DNA of 64,000 nucleotides from Minisyncoccota bacterium (GCA_016211945.1 JACRHV010000011.1:787-64786); one strand, 5' to 3'. Shown: positions 27,776 through 37,684, counted from the stretch's first letter. Made by a program: numbers and translations. Notes: generated from the letters alone by a model not told the origin.

Positions 27776-28660
27776 TTATAACACCACGCCGTCGTCACGA
27801 TCGTCGCCAAGCGATCCGAAGTCTGTACGCGTCAAGACAAAAACGTCTCTTCTATTTTCATCGGTGCCTACAAACTCAGCTTCACCGCGAATCACCGCTT
27901 CGAAAGGTTGGCAAACTCGACACCCTTTTTCTCCCTGAGGACATCCAAACTTTTCCAATGCGCGAGCTGTTTTTATCTTCTTCGCAATTTTCAATACTTT
28001 CTCCTGCGATTCTTGAAGATCTTGTAACGGACATTCCACAAGAACATCACTTAACTCCAAGTACCAGTAACTTACTCCCGCGACCATTCGCTTTTGACAG
28101 TAGTGTGCGAGTAGATGGTATATGGGAAGTTGTAAAGATTCCGAATGTTCCTGCGATCGACTTGTTTTGAAATCGATAATTCGAATGCTATCAGAATCTT
28201 CAAGATACTGTAGCCAGTCTAGTTTGCCACACAGGATAATATTGTCTTCTTCTGAAAGCCAAAATTGTGGTAGATCCATGTTTAGCTTCACTGCTTTTTC
28301 CTTGATCGGTCCGGGATGCGTTGTCACTCTGTTAATCATCATTCGTCCTCTGCTTTTGTAGAGTTCCTCAGTTTTTTGCGAGGAAAAACCACCTCGTTTA
28401 CCGGATACAGAGTTCCATAATTGTTCAAATCGATCAAGTAGTGGGACATCAAATCTTCGATCAACTGGAAGAGAAGAAAGTGACTCCACGACTTCATGCA
28501 CGACTTGGCCCAACGCAAGTGGAGGAGACATCACTGCGATCTTTCGACCGTTTTTTGGACTTTTGTATACATTTTTCAGAAAATACGCTCGTGGACATTG
28601 TAAAAAATCACTAATCGACGAGTGTGAAACCCAAATGGCGGAAAATTTATCGAGAGGCAT
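27776..28660 (-). CDS. PD-(D/E)XK nuclease, AddB/Cas4-like, with four Cys
   Basis: S.S.....QCPR.Y, G...H, GKLD, IIDFKT, QL.IY, C-terminal C......C..C. Confidence 0.85.
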   Translation of the reverse strand: MPLDKFSAIWVSHSSISDFLQCPRAYFLKNVYKSPKNGRKIAVMSPPLALGQVVHEVVESLSSLPVDRRFDVPLLDRFEQLWNSVSGKRGGFSSQKTEELYKSRGRMMINRVTTHPGPIKEKAVKLNMDLPQFWLSEEDNIILCGKLDWLQYLEDSDSIRIIDFKTSRSQEHSESLQLPIYHLLAHYCQKRMVAGVSYWYLELSDVLVECPLQDLQESQEKVLKIAKKIKTARALEKFGCPQGEKGCRVCQPFEAVIRGEAEFVGTDENRRDVFVLTRTDFGSLGDDRDDGVVL

Positions 28661-28683
28661 CATCTCATTATAGCTGAAATAGT

Positions 28684-28947
28684 TTAACAAAAATGCCTAT
28701 TTGCAAATGTCGGTGTGCGTGACGAAACGCTCGGTTTTTCTATGTTAAACAACGTAATCAATTCTCTAAACCGGACAATTGTGATGGTAATACTTACCTC
28801 TTTTAAGACATTAAGTCTCGCATCAATTAAACTCAAACCAACGCTTCCATACCAATGAGACATTGAAGCATAGAGTTCCCTCTGCTTCTCGAATTCTTGA
28901 GAAGTAAGTTTCTTTTTTAACGTTTCAATCCCTGGTTTTCTTGCCAT
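28684..28947 (-). CDS. Hypothetical protein
   Basis: 87-aa ORF; TATAAT about 9 nt upstream of the ATG. Confidence 0.45.
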   Translation of the reverse strand: MARKPGIETLKKKLTSQEFEKQRELYASMSHWYGSVGLSLIDARLNVLKEVSITITIVRFRELITLFNIEKPSVSSRTPTFANRHFC

Positions 28948-29010
28948 GTATCGCGAAATTATACAACGATGAACTTCGCATGCAAGATCGAATTCTTGTA
29001 CAATACACTC

Positions 29011-29979
29011 ATGTCAAACATCTGGAAAACACTTCCCAAGCCTTTTTCTGTCCTTGCTCCAATGGACGATGTTACTGATCTCGTTTTCCGTGAGATCGTG
29101 TGCGAGACTTCAAAACCAGATCTTTTCTTCACCGAGTTTGCGAACTGTGAGGCATTATGTTCTGAGGGAAAAAAGTTTCAAGAATCTCGGTTGCGCTTAA
29201 CCAATCTCCAACATCCCATTATCGCTCAAATTTGGGGAGTTGAGCCGGAACATTTTAAAACTGTTGCTCAACATATTCGATCGCTTGGGTTTGATGGCAT
29301 CGATATTAATATGGGTTGTCCTATTCGCGTTGTTGTTAAAAATGGTGCATGTGCGGGTCTTATTCGCGATCGTAAACGAGCGCATGAAATTATTCTTGCA
29401 ACGCAAGAAGGCGCTGGGTATTTGCCGGTTAGTGTGAAAACACGCATTGGGTTGAACACGATTATTACCGAGGACTGGATTGGGTTTCTCCTTGAACATC
29501 ATCTTGCGGCGATTACTGTTCATGGAAGAACGGCAAAAGAACAATCAAAAGTTCCTAATCATTGGGATGAAATTGGAAAGGCTGTTCAGTTACGCGATCG
29601 TGTTGCACCAAATACAATTATTGTTGGAAATGGTGATGTAAAAACTTGGGAAGAGGCACTTCAAATAACAAAAGTGCATGGCGTGGATGGTGTGATGATC
29701 GGGCGTGGAATTTTTGAAAACATGTGGGTGTTTGAAAGAGATCAACAAAGAACACACGAACCACGAGAAATTATTGATCTTTTGAAAAAGCACGTTGCCT
29801 TATTTGATCACACTTGGGGAACTACAAAAAAATTTGATGTTATGAAAAAGTTTTTTAAGATATATGTGAATGGGTTCGCGGGTGCAAAAGAGATGCGCGC
29901 AGATCTCATGGAATCGAAAACTTCAGATGATGTACTACAGAAGCTCCAAGCTTTCCCACAAAATCCTACAGGCATATGA
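29011..29979 (+). CDS. tRNA-dihydrouridine synthase
   Basis: LAPMDDVTD, IDINMGCP, VSVKTRIG, VHGRT, GNGDV, GVMIGRG. Confidence 0.93.
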   Translation: MSNIWKTLPKPFSVLAPMDDVTDLVFREIVCETSKPDLFFTEFANCEALCSEGKKFQESRLRLTNLQHPIIAQIWGVEPEHFKTVAQHIRSLGFDGIDINMGCPIRVVVKNGACAGLIRDRKRAHEIILATQEGAGYLPVSVKTRIGLNTIITEDWIGFLLEHHLAAITVHGRTAKEQSKVPNHWDEIGKAVQLRDRVAPNTIIVGNGDVKTWEEALQITKVHGVDGVMIGRGIFENMWVFERDQQRTHEPREIIDLLKKHVALFDHTWGTTKKFDVMKKFFKIYVNGFAGAKEMRADLMESKTSDDVLQKLQAFPQNPTGI

Positions 29980-30537
29980 TCGATAGGGCGACCATTTTTT
30001 ACTGAGTTTCTCCAGCTGTTTTTGTGTTCGTTCTTTTTTATATTTATATGCTCTTTGGATTGCTCGCTGAAGACCAAGATCGCCACAAGAAAATACGTCT
30101 TCTCTTCCCAAACTGAAGATTAAAAACATTTCCGCTGTCCAAGGGCCAATTCCCTTGACCTGTGTTAACTCTTGAATGATTTCTTCGTGGGATAATGATT
30201 CGATGTTTTCTAACTGAAGTCTTTTATCTACAATATGTTGCGCAAGATCCTTAATAAACAGAACTTTTGCATTTGATGTGCCAATACTCCGAATTTTTTT
30301 GTGCGGGGTTTGCAATACAAGGGTTGCTGTGATTGGAGTGTTACCAAAAAGTGTGCGGAATCGTGTGCAAATTGTTGTTCCGACTTTTTCCGCAAGCTGC
30401 TGGCTAATAATTGCCTCGCAGAGATCAAGAAAATAGTCGCGTGTTGGACGAATGTCAAAATCATCAACACGTTGGGCAAGAGCATAAAGTACCGGATCAA
30501 TTTTTTCAAAGTGTCGAAGAATTTTTTTCTTTTCCAT
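29935..30537 (-). CDS. DNA-3-methyladenine glycosylase II (AlkA family)
   Basis: IISQQL, HhH VKGIGPWTAEM, GDLGL, WSPYRSYA. Confidence 0.92.
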   Translation of the reverse strand: MEKKKILRHFEKIDPVLYALAQRVDDFDIRPTRDYFLDLCEAIISQQLAEKVGTTICTRFRTLFGNTPITATLVLQTPHKKIRSIGTSNAKVLFIKDLAQHIVDKRLQLENIESLSHEEIIQELTQVKGIGPWTAEMFLIFSLGREDVFSCGDLGLQRAIQRAYKYKKERTQKQLEKLSKKWSPYRSYACRILWESLELL

Positions 30538-30573
30538 ACCCGTATGATACCAAACTCGGATATAATGGTGAGT

Positions 30574-31038
30574 ATGATAGATCTACTAAAAAAGATTGCG
30601 TTTACAAAAGAGGGATACCAAAAAGTACAGGACGATATTCGCGTGCTAACAGAAAAGCGAGTCGGCGCCGTGGTAAATCTCCGGACTGCCCGAGAAATGG
30701 GCGATCTTTCTGAAAATGGTGCATATAAAGCCGCTCGATTTGAACTCAGCGCGATTGATCGAGAGTTGCGACGTCTCAATTACTTGTTGCGATTTGGGGT
30801 GGTTGTGGAGTCCGCTCATTCGGGTGTGATTGATTTTGGGAGCACTATTACCGTAAAAACCGGCGACAAAACCATGACATTTTTACTCGTTGACGGGTAT
30901 GAGTCGAACCCAAAAGAACACAAGTTATCGGTAAAAAGTCCCATTGGACGCGCGCTTGTAGGAAAAAAGGTTGGGGATCAAGTGATTGTTGTTGCACCTG
31001 CCGGAAAAACGACCTACGTTATCCTTGAGGTGAAGTAA
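30574..31038 (+). CDS. greA: Transcription elongation factor GreA
   Basis: T.EGY, AREMGDLSENGAY, SPIGRALVGKKVGD. Confidence 0.92.
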   Translation: MIDLLKKIAFTKEGYQKVQDDIRVLTEKRVGAVVNLRTAREMGDLSENGAYKAARFELSAIDRELRRLNYLLRFGVVVESAHSGVIDFGSTITVKTGDKTMTFLLVDGYESNPKEHKLSVKSPIGRALVGKKVGDQVIVVAPAGKTTYVILEVK

Positions 31039-31783
31039 AAAAGAGAAACATGCGCTGAATAAGTGTTTCTCTCTGTGATTTATCACTAAAACTGTGATCG
31101 CCATCCATCCACTCGTCTTGTACCTCTGAAATTTTTGCGTATACCTCAAGGAATTTTGACCCTACAATCTCGTCCTGCTTTGGGTGAACCGTAAGAAGTT
31201 TTGTTTTTTTTGCAAATGTCCGAACTGCTTTTTCAGGATCAAAAACCAATAATACTTTCCAAAAACTTGGACCTACTTTTGTAACTTTTCCTGATGAACG
31301 TGGGAAAGTGGTAATACCTTGAAAATCCACGTGTGCACCTGGGCGTGAACCAAATCTTTTTACCATTTTTTCCTGAATATACGCTGTATTTGCATTGGGA
31401 ATTCCTGTGAATATCGTTTTTTGTATACCATCAGGATTTAAGAGTGCTGTAACAAATGTTCCCATTGATTGGGCGCAGATAAAAATATTACCGTGAAAGT
31501 TTTTCTTCGTATATTCGAGAACACAACGGAGATCGTCTGCCCATACTTTATAATCTTTTTCTTCAATTTTCCCCTCGCTCTTTCCACATCCAGAAAAATC
31601 GAATCGAACAATGCGAAACGTTTTACCTAACGTTTGGGCAATATCATCAAAAAAGCAACCAGTTTCATGTTTGTCTACCGCAAATCCATGCACAAAAATA
31701 ATCGTTGTTGTACTTTTTGCATTGCCCTCAACAAGGGTGTCGAGTCGCTCACCAAGAGAATTTGTAATGTGTGGAAAATGCAT
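31019..31783 (-). CDS. Alpha/beta hydrolase
   Basis: FVHGF, RFDFSGCGKSEG, AQSMG, D and DHSF. Confidence 0.82.
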   Translation of the reverse strand: MHFPHITNSLGERLDTLVEGNAKSTTTIIFVHGFAVDKHETGCFFDDIAQTLGKTFRIVRFDFSGCGKSEGKIEEKDYKVWADDLRCVLEYTKKNFHGNIFICAQSMGTFVTALLNPDGIQKTIFTGIPNANTAYIQEKMVKRFGSRPGAHVDFQGITTFPRSSGKVTKVGPSFWKVLLVFDPEKAVRTFAKKTKLLTVHPKQDEIVGSKFLEVYAKISEVQDEWMDGDHSFSDKSQRETLIQRMFLFFTSPQG

Positions 31784-31785
31784 TG

Positions 31786-31858
31786 CTGCCGGGCTAGGGC
31801 TCGAACCTAGAGTCGCGCAGATTCAAAGTCTGGCGTGTTACCATTACACCACCCGGCA
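31786..31858 (-). tRNA. tRNA-Gln(TTG)
   Basis: TGCCGGG acceptor; CAGA-CTTTGAA-TCTG; TTCGAGC T-loop. Confidence 0.93.
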
Positions 31859-32568
31859 TCATGTGCGATTGACCGAGCCGTTCCAGCAAGGAATCTACTT
31901 AACGATGAACTTTTTCTTACATCGAGTTTCAATAATCCATAATATGTCGATGAAGACAGTCCTGCACGGTAAAGAATCGCCCTGTGATTATACCGCATAA
32001 ATGGTTTATTTTTTGTGTTCTTCTTAAATACCGTTTTCCTCCAGAAAATTGCAGAACTAGGAAAAAAGAATTTCCAATACTGGATCATATCTTCTTCCAC
32101 ATCTCTGAAATGTTCATGAAGATAGAGTTGAACAACAATCTGATCATCTGTGTAGCTTATAGACTTTAGCCATGAATAAAATATCAACAGTATTCCCGGA
32201 TCGCTATTACAAATTGATGTTTGATGAGAAGTCCTTCCATTTTGCTTTGATCCTTCTGCCCAATAGAGAGCTGACGCAATAAGATACATTTCTCTTTGTG
32301 AAAGTGTTTGTACCATCAATTTCGCAAATGATAATTGTCTCTTTTCATCAGTTATTCTTTTTACTCTACGGGTATTTCCACCAGTTTTCCTTCCAATATC
32401 GCTATTGATATGAAGTTGTGTTTTTTGCTCTAACGTAAGATCAATATGTTTTGTCCATTCACATACACTAGCATCAGAAACGTGAAGATGAACTGCAATA
32501 GCATGATACGAAAGGCCTGTTCGGCGCATTCGTATAGCTATGTTATGTTCCTTGGTTTTTGCTTTCAT
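31807..32568 (-). CDS. HTH + LAGLIDADG-like protein overlapping tRNA-Gln
   Basis: R..GLSY..IA..L.VS..SV..W (HTH), LYWAEGSK, NSDP, YW; C-terminal AGWCNGNTPDFESARL is read from the tRNA. Confidence 0.78.
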   Translation of the reverse strand: MKAKTKEHNIAIRMRRTGLSYHAIAVHLHVSDASVCEWTKHIDLTLEQKTQLHINSDIGRKTGGNTRRVKRITDEKRQLSFAKLMVQTLSQREMYLIASALYWAEGSKQNGRTSHQTSICNSDPGILLIFYSWLKSISYTDDQIVVQLYLHEHFRDVEEDMIQYWKFFFPSSAIFWRKTVFKKNTKNKPFMRYNHRAILYRAGLSSSTYYGLLKLDVRKSSSLSRFLAGTARSIAHDAGWCNGNTPDFESARL

Positions 32569-32583
32569 GGGGGCAGTAATATG

Positions 32584-32599
32584 GCTAACATATGTTAGC
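32584..32599. promoter_or_regulatory. Perfect 16-bp palindrome GCTAACATATGTTAGC (candidate operator)
   Basis: Self-complementary; 15 nt upstream of the ATG at 32568. Confidence 0.5.
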
Positions 32600-32660
32600 A
32601 TATTATTCGGGTTTTCTTCAATACGGAGTTGAGCGTGATAAATACGGTTTTTTGTTCTTT

Positions 32661-34448
32661 TTACTCGAGAGAACTGTTATTGAGACTTGAAGTTTCTTCC
32701 TTCTCCTCACCAATAAATCCATCCTGCTGGAGCTGCCATAACTTGTGATAAATTCCACCCTCTTTTTTCACCAAACTTTCATGCGTTCCAACCTCCGCAA
32801 TCTTCCCCTTGTCCAACACCACAATGCGGTCTGCCCGCATAATTGTGGACAAGCGGTGGGCGATGATAATACTCGTTCTTGGATTCTTTGGATCCTTCGC
32901 AATGGACCAAAATGCCTGTTGAATACTGCGCTCAGACTCGGAATCCAAGGAGCTTGTTGCCTCATCAAATAAAATAATCTTCGGCTGCTCAAGTAACAAC
33001 CGGGCAATTGCCAATCGCTGCCGCTGGCCGCCAGACAACTTAATGCCACGCTCGCCAACAATCGTCTTATCTTTTTCCGGCAATTTTTTAATAAAGTCGT
33101 CCAATTTTGCCAAACGCAGAACATGATCAACTTCTGCATCATTTGCATCCGGCCGAGCATATCGCACATTAAACGCAATGGTGTTGTTGAACATGATCGG
33201 ATCTTGCGGCACAATACCAACCAATGTTCGTAAATATGATTTTTTCATGTGCGTAATATCAACGTCGTCAACTGTAATGCTCCCCGCAGTCGGATCAAAA
33301 AATCGCATAATTAATTTCGTAATCGTCGTCTTTCCGGCACCAGAATACCCAACCAACGCAACAGACTCTCCGGGTTTAATCTCTAAAGAAAAGTCACTTA
33401 ACACATCTTCGTTGGCGTGATATGAAAACGAAACATTACGAAATGCTACAGATCCGCGCAAGTTTTTTACTTCCTCAGCATGTTTAGGATCAACAACCTT
33501 AATCTCCTCATCTAAAAGACCAAGATATTTTTCAAAGTCATCATATCGTTTTGCCAGTTCGCGCAGAGTAAACAATATGCTCACCAATCGTGGGAACAGG
33601 AAAAGAGAAAATGAACTGACCAACAAAAAATCCGGCAATGAAAGTGTTTGAGATCGAACATCCATCACCGCCAATACCATGACAACGACAAGTGACAACA
33701 AAGAAAGATTCCCAACGATGATGTCAAAATAGCGAAATGTTTGAAAATAATTCACCAAATCGTCATACCATCGCGTGAGGAGCGTTCCAAATCGATGCTG
33801 TTCATATTCCTCTTGTGCAAAGTATTTTACTGTATCAAAATTCACCAAGTTATCCACGCGAACGCCGGAAACTTCGTCATCGGTTACGCTAAATTTTTTT
33901 CGATATTTAATGTTAAGTTTTACTAAAAAAAGCGAAATCACAACACTCACAACTGATACGACGACACCAAAAATCATGTAGGATGAGCGCAGTGTTGCAA
34001 ACGTCCACAACATCAAAACAAAGACTAAAACCGTCGCATAGATCTCGCGATTAATAAGATGATAAAACCCAAAATACGCCTCATCACCACGTCGCATAAT
34101 ACCAATGAGCTTGCCAGAACTTTTGTTAGTGTGATACGCAAAATCAAGATCATGAAGATGTTTTAAGATGGCTCCCTGTAAATCAATAGAAATACGCGTC
34201 ATACCTTGATCGCCAATGTAATATGAAAGCGCGATAATGCAGTTCCCCACAACTAACGCCACTCCAAACCACACCAAGATCCAAAATGCTTGGTCGTATG
34301 ATCCACTTTGCACTGCCGCCGTTACCCATTTCACAAAAAATGGTTGTGTACTCGACAAAAGCACACCCACAGTAAACAGCACGAAATACACGATAAAATT
34401 TCGCGGATACTTAAAAATCGACTGATATAACCGAACAATGACCTTCAT
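32661..34448 (-). CDS. ABC transporter, fused permease/ATPase (Atm1/MsbA-like)
   Basis: TM domain, GYSGAGKTT, LSGGQRQR, ILFDEATSSLD, IAHRLST. Confidence 0.93.
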   Translation of the reverse strand: MKVIVRLYQSIFKYPRNFIVYFVLFTVGVLLSSTQPFFVKWVTAAVQSGSYDQAFWILVWFGVALVVGNCIIALSYYIGDQGMTRISIDLQGAILKHLHDLDFAYHTNKSSGKLIGIMRRGDEAYFGFYHLINREIYATVLVFVLMLWTFATLRSSYMIFGVVVSVVSVVISLFLVKLNIKYRKKFSVTDDEVSGVRVDNLVNFDTVKYFAQEEYEQHRFGTLLTRWYDDLVNYFQTFRYFDIIVGNLSLLSLVVVMVLAVMDVRSQTLSLPDFLLVSSFSLFLFPRLVSILFTLRELAKRYDDFEKYLGLLDEEIKVVDPKHAEEVKNLRGSVAFRNVSFSYHANEDVLSDFSLEIKPGESVALVGYSGAGKTTITKLIMRFFDPTAGSITVDDVDITHMKKSYLRTLVGIVPQDPIMFNNTIAFNVRYARPDANDAEVDHVLRLAKLDDFIKKLPEKDKTIVGERGIKLSGGQRQRLAIARLLLEQPKIILFDEATSSLDSESERSIQQAFWSIAKDPKNPRTSIIIAHRLSTIMRADRIVVLDKGKIAEVGTHESLVKKEGGIYHKLWQLQQDGFIGEEKEETSSLNNSSLE

Positions 34449-34521
34449 ACTTTCCTTTGTACTCCACCGACAAAAAATCTCGCCTTGCATAGGCGCTTCC
34501 GATTATTGAAAAAGGGGAGTG

Positions 34522-34592
34522 AGCGGGTAAGGGGAATCGAACCCCTGGCCCAACCTTGGCAAGGTTGTGTATTACCACTATACAATACCCGC
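34522..34592 (-). tRNA. tRNA-Gly(GCC)
   Basis: CAACC-TTGCCAA-GGTTG. Confidence 0.95.
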
Positions 34593-34617
34593 GATATGGA
34601 ATGTATTGTACCAGATG

Positions 34618-35163
34618 TTACAACGGCTTGTACATGAGAATTTCATCTTCATACACATCATCTTGGAGTACGGCGCCGAGGAGGTGACCGTACTCAAGAA
34701 ACCCCAGTTTTTTATACAAATCCCGCGCAACATCATTTTTTGCATAGACCGTAAGCGTGACCATTCGTAGTCCCAACACCTCTTTTGCCTGAAGAAGCGC
34801 CTCCTGCATTAGCGATTTTCCGAGTCCTAAATTTCGAAACGGTTTACTCACAGAGAGGCCAAAAGTTCCAACGTGTTTCTGTTTATGCGGTTGCCGCTGG
34901 ATATCTGCAGCACCAACAATATTCTCATCCACTACAGCAAATATTTTCACTGCATTGTTTTTTTTCATTTTTTCTAAAAAATCAAAGAGATATTCGCGCT
35001 CAACATCTATTTTCACTATTTCATCGAGCAAAATCCTCGCTCGCTCAATAATAATAGGATTGATAAACGCCATTAATCGAGAAACATCATCTTGTGTGGG
35101 ATATCGAAGTGTTACCGCTTGCCCATTATCTAGTGTGATCGATTTTGAAAATGTAAGATCCAT
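34618..35163 (-). CDS. GNAT family acetyltransferase
   Basis: V.KPFRNLGLG..L, L.V...N..A..LY.KLGF. Confidence 0.88.
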   Translation of the reverse strand: MDLTFSKSITLDNGQAVTLRYPTQDDVSRLMAFINPIIIERARILLDEIVKIDVEREYLFDFLEKMKKNNAVKIFAVVDENIVGAADIQRQPHKQKHVGTFGLSVSKPFRNLGLGKSLMQEALLQAKEVLGLRMVTLTVYAKNDVARDLYKKLGFLEYGHLLGAVLQDDVYEDEILMYKPL

Positions 35164-35166
35164 GGA

Positions 35167-35736
35167 TTAGACCGTCGAACGGGAGACATACTCTCCTGTT
35201 GTGGTATCCACGATGATACTCTCACCAACCTTGATGAACAAGGGGGCTTGAATCTCAATGCCAGTCTCCACCGTTACTGGTTTTTTGGGTGCGTTGACGG
35301 TATCACCAGCAACCGCATCATCAGAGTGTGTGACCTTCAATGTCACTTTTTGCGGAAACCTCACCCCAATCACTTTTTCATCCAAAAAGACGAGATACAT
35401 CATGAGTTCCGGAATAAGATATCCAATTTTATCCTCAAACATGGCACGGGAAACCAGTACTTGATCATAGGTGCGCGGATCCATAAACACCACATCATCA
35501 CCATCGAGGTAGGAAAACTGCATCTCGCGTGCGTTTACATCCAACTCTTCAACATCCTCGTTTGACTTAAAGGTAAATTCCTGTGTATTCCCAGTTTTCA
35601 CACTCTTCAATTTTGCACGACAAATCGCAGAACCCTTGCCAGGGGCATAGAACTCTGCCTTGGTTACTTCAAACGGTTCGTACTTGAATCGAATGAATAT
35701 TCCTTTTTTGAGATTGCCTGCTTTTACGTTTGACAT
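35167..35736 (-). CDS. efp: Elongation factor P
   Basis: PGKGSA, FMDPRTYDQ, GDT, ETG, VDT.TGEYVSR. Confidence 0.96.
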   Translation of the reverse strand: MSNVKAGNLKKGIFIRFKYEPFEVTKAEFYAPGKGSAICRAKLKSVKTGNTQEFTFKSNEDVEELDVNAREMQFSYLDGDDVVFMDPRTYDQVLVSRAMFEDKIGYLIPELMMYLVFLDEKVIGVRFPQKVTLKVTHSDDAVAGDTVNAPKKPVTVETGIEIQAPLFIKVGESIIVDTTTGEYVSRSTV

Positions 35737-35824
35737 AGCCGGTATTATACGCCAAGCCGGAAGGTTGTATCAAGAGAGAAAGAGAATACAACAATTTTTT
35801 CACCAAACACTATAACAACACTTT

Positions 35825-36118
35825 CTATTCTTCAATCCGTCGATCATCATACATCTTTGCCATCGCTGATTGGATTGTAGGAAGGTCATCTACCGTTATT
35901 GTTTGCAACCAAGGAAACTCCTCTGACCATGCCTGCAATAACGTGAGTGTTTCTTCACTGCTTATTTGGCCAAGATAGCGTATGTAGAATGTTGCAAGAC
36001 CTTTATTTATTTCTGGCATACCAGACACAACAAGTTCAGGATCTGGTGTTGTGCTGGCATCATATCTCTCTACAAGTGCCTCCACCAATTTTCTTAGGCT
36101 TTCAGAACTGACATTCAT
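35825..36118 (-). CDS. Hypothetical protein downstream of tRNA-Phe
   Basis: 97-aa ORF with GAAGGGA upstream. Confidence 0.55.
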   Translation of the reverse strand: MNVSSESLRKLVEALVERYDASTTPDPELVVSGMPEINKGLATFYIRYLGQISSEETLTLLQAWSEEFPWLQTITVDDLPTIQSAMAKMYDDRRIEE

Positions 36119-36167
36119 ATTTTCCCTTCCGGACAGGAATTTTCAGCTATTATATACCACTACTCTG

Positions 36168-36240
36168 TGCCAAGCTGAGGAGTCGAACCTCAATGTCGTG
36201 TTTTTCAGACACGCGCCGTGACCACCTTGGCTAGCTTGGC
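36168..36240 (-). tRNA. tRNA-Phe(GAA)
   Basis: GCCAAGC acceptor; CGTGT-CTGAAAA-ACACG. Confidence 0.93.
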
Positions 36241-36308
36241 TCAATATCAGGAATTATACACAGACACCTGAAAAAACGACAGTGGCCAACACGCCTACAA
36301 GATTGAGC

Positions 36309-36599
36309 TCATTTCGAAATTCTGACAAGTGGCGCATGAGGTGGAAAAAGCAAGCATGGACCTTCTATCGGCATGTTATTTACAAGTAAGGTCTGTTGTG
36401 CTGTTACTAGAATGGCAAAAGAGCCAATATTTGTAAAATCTTCTGGATCATCAGCAATTCGAAATACATGTAACTCGTTTGGTGCTATCGTACCTTCCCA
36501 AAAACCATTCGTCGCCCAAACCCAATGACCTCCTTGTTTACCTTTAGTCAACAGACGGAAAAGTATCGGGGTTTCTTTGTTCAATATTTCGATTTTCAT
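36309..36599 (-). CDS. Hypothetical protein starting 6 nt after tRNA-Val
   Basis: 96-aa ORF filling the gap between two tRNAs. Confidence 0.55.
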   Translation of the reverse strand: MKIEILNKETPILFRLLTKGKQGGHWVWATNGFWEGTIAPNELHVFRIADDPEDFTNIGSFAILVTAQQTLLVNNMPIEGPCLLFPPHAPLVRISK

Positions 36600-36605
36600 T
36601 TCTTG

Positions 36606-36678
36606 TGGCCGCTAAGGGACTCGGACCCCTGACCTGCCGGATGTAAACCGGACGCTCTACCAACTGAGCTAAGCGGCC
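36606..36678 (-). tRNA. tRNA-Val(TAC), T-loop TCCGAGT (C55)
   Basis: GGCCGCT acceptor; CCGG-TTTACAT-CCGG. Confidence 0.94.
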
Positions 36679-36733
36679 ATGGGGGTATTGTACTATAGGA
36701 GCACAAAAATGTTCTTCCTCGGGTCAGTAAGAT

Positions 36734-37156
36734 TTAGCAGTTGGGTGTGAATTTTTCAATAGATTTATCATTATGTTCCATCTGCACAATCCTACCAGTA
36801 ATATTCGCGATTCTTTGTGCGCTTTCTTGTCGTACCCGCATTCTCACTTCATCGAACTGGGAAGATTCATACAAGCCATCTGCGAGAAGAGCGAGTATTT
36901 GTGTGCTAGAAGTAAAATACCAACGAAGAAGAAGTTCATTGTTTTCTGTGACGACTAAAATACCACCATCGTGTATTCCAAGTTTGTTGCCATCGTATTT
37001 TAGATCAAAAAGACCATCGGTGTTCGCCAATGCTTCATGAGTCGTGTTTCCCGAAGCAATTCCCACATTATCTTCGTATCGAATAAAAGTGATGTCTGTT
37101 TCCTTTGGAAAAGACGAGACTACTTCACTCGTAAGCATTGGCATAATGTTTTTCAA
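36734..37156 (-). CDS. Hypothetical protein downstream of tRNA-Leu(GAG)
   Basis: About 140-aa ORF; start uncertain (TTG 37156 or ATG 37144). Confidence 0.6.
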   Translation of the reverse strand: MKNIMPMLTSEVVSSFPKETDITFIRYEDNVGIASGNTTHEALANTDGLFDLKYDGNKLGIHDGGILVVTENNELLLRWYFTSSTQILALLADGLYESSQFDEVRMRVRQESAQRIANITGRIVQMEHNDKSIEKFTPNC

Positions 37157-37163
37157 CCTTTTG

Positions 37164-37245
37164 TGCCCGGGAGAGGACTTGAACCTCCACGAATTGCTTC
37201 ACACGCCCCTCGAACGTGCGCGTCTGCCAGTTCCGCCACCCGGGC
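37164..37245 (-). tRNA. tRNA-Leu(GAG), anticodon loop TCGAGGG (C33)
   Basis: GCCCGGG acceptor; CACGT-TCGAGGG-GCGTG; long variable arm. Confidence 0.92.
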
Positions 37246-37336
37246 AAGAATAGGAGGATTATATCGAAGCATGTGGAAAAATGCTATGAGGAGCTCCGCA
37301 CAAATCTTTCCTGACCAAAAAGAGTAAAATATCCAA

Positions 37337-37570
37337 ATGTCTGAACAATTTACCGGATATTATCGAGATTATGAAGATGAAAGATGTCTTTCTTGTGCTC
37401 TCATTCTTGATCGAGAAAACTTGCGCCTCTGTAGAAAAATGGTACTTATGACAACACTGCAAATTGCTGCAGCAACAGCCGGAAATACAGATGCTATGGT
37501 AGAGTACGAAAGATTGCAAAACAAAATAGCATTGCAACTTCTCTGCGATCCTGGATTTGATCGAATATAA
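37337..37570 (+). CDS. Hypothetical protein
   Basis: 77-aa ORF; TAAAAT 6 nt before the ATG. Confidence 0.45.
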   Translation: MSEQFTGYYRDYEDERCLSCALILDRENLRLCRKMVLMTTLQIAAATAGNTDAMVEYERLQNKIALQLLCDPGFDRI

Positions 37571-37573
37571 GTG

Positions 37574-37657
37574 TGCCGAAGAGAGGACTTGAACCTCCAA
37601 GGGATTGCTCCCACATGCTCCTGAAGCATGCGCGTCTGCCAATTTCGCCACTTCGGC
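37574..37657 (-). tRNA. tRNA-Leu(CAG)
   Basis: CATGC-TTCAGGA-GCATG; long variable arm. Confidence 0.95.
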
Positions 37658-37684
37658 TCTTTTTGATCGAGCGAAGCAATTGTA

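Noticed and set aside
27776..28660. CRISPR-Cas system suggested by the Cas4-like nuclease
   Set aside because: No cas1, cas2 or regularly spaced repeat array was seen anywhere in the window.
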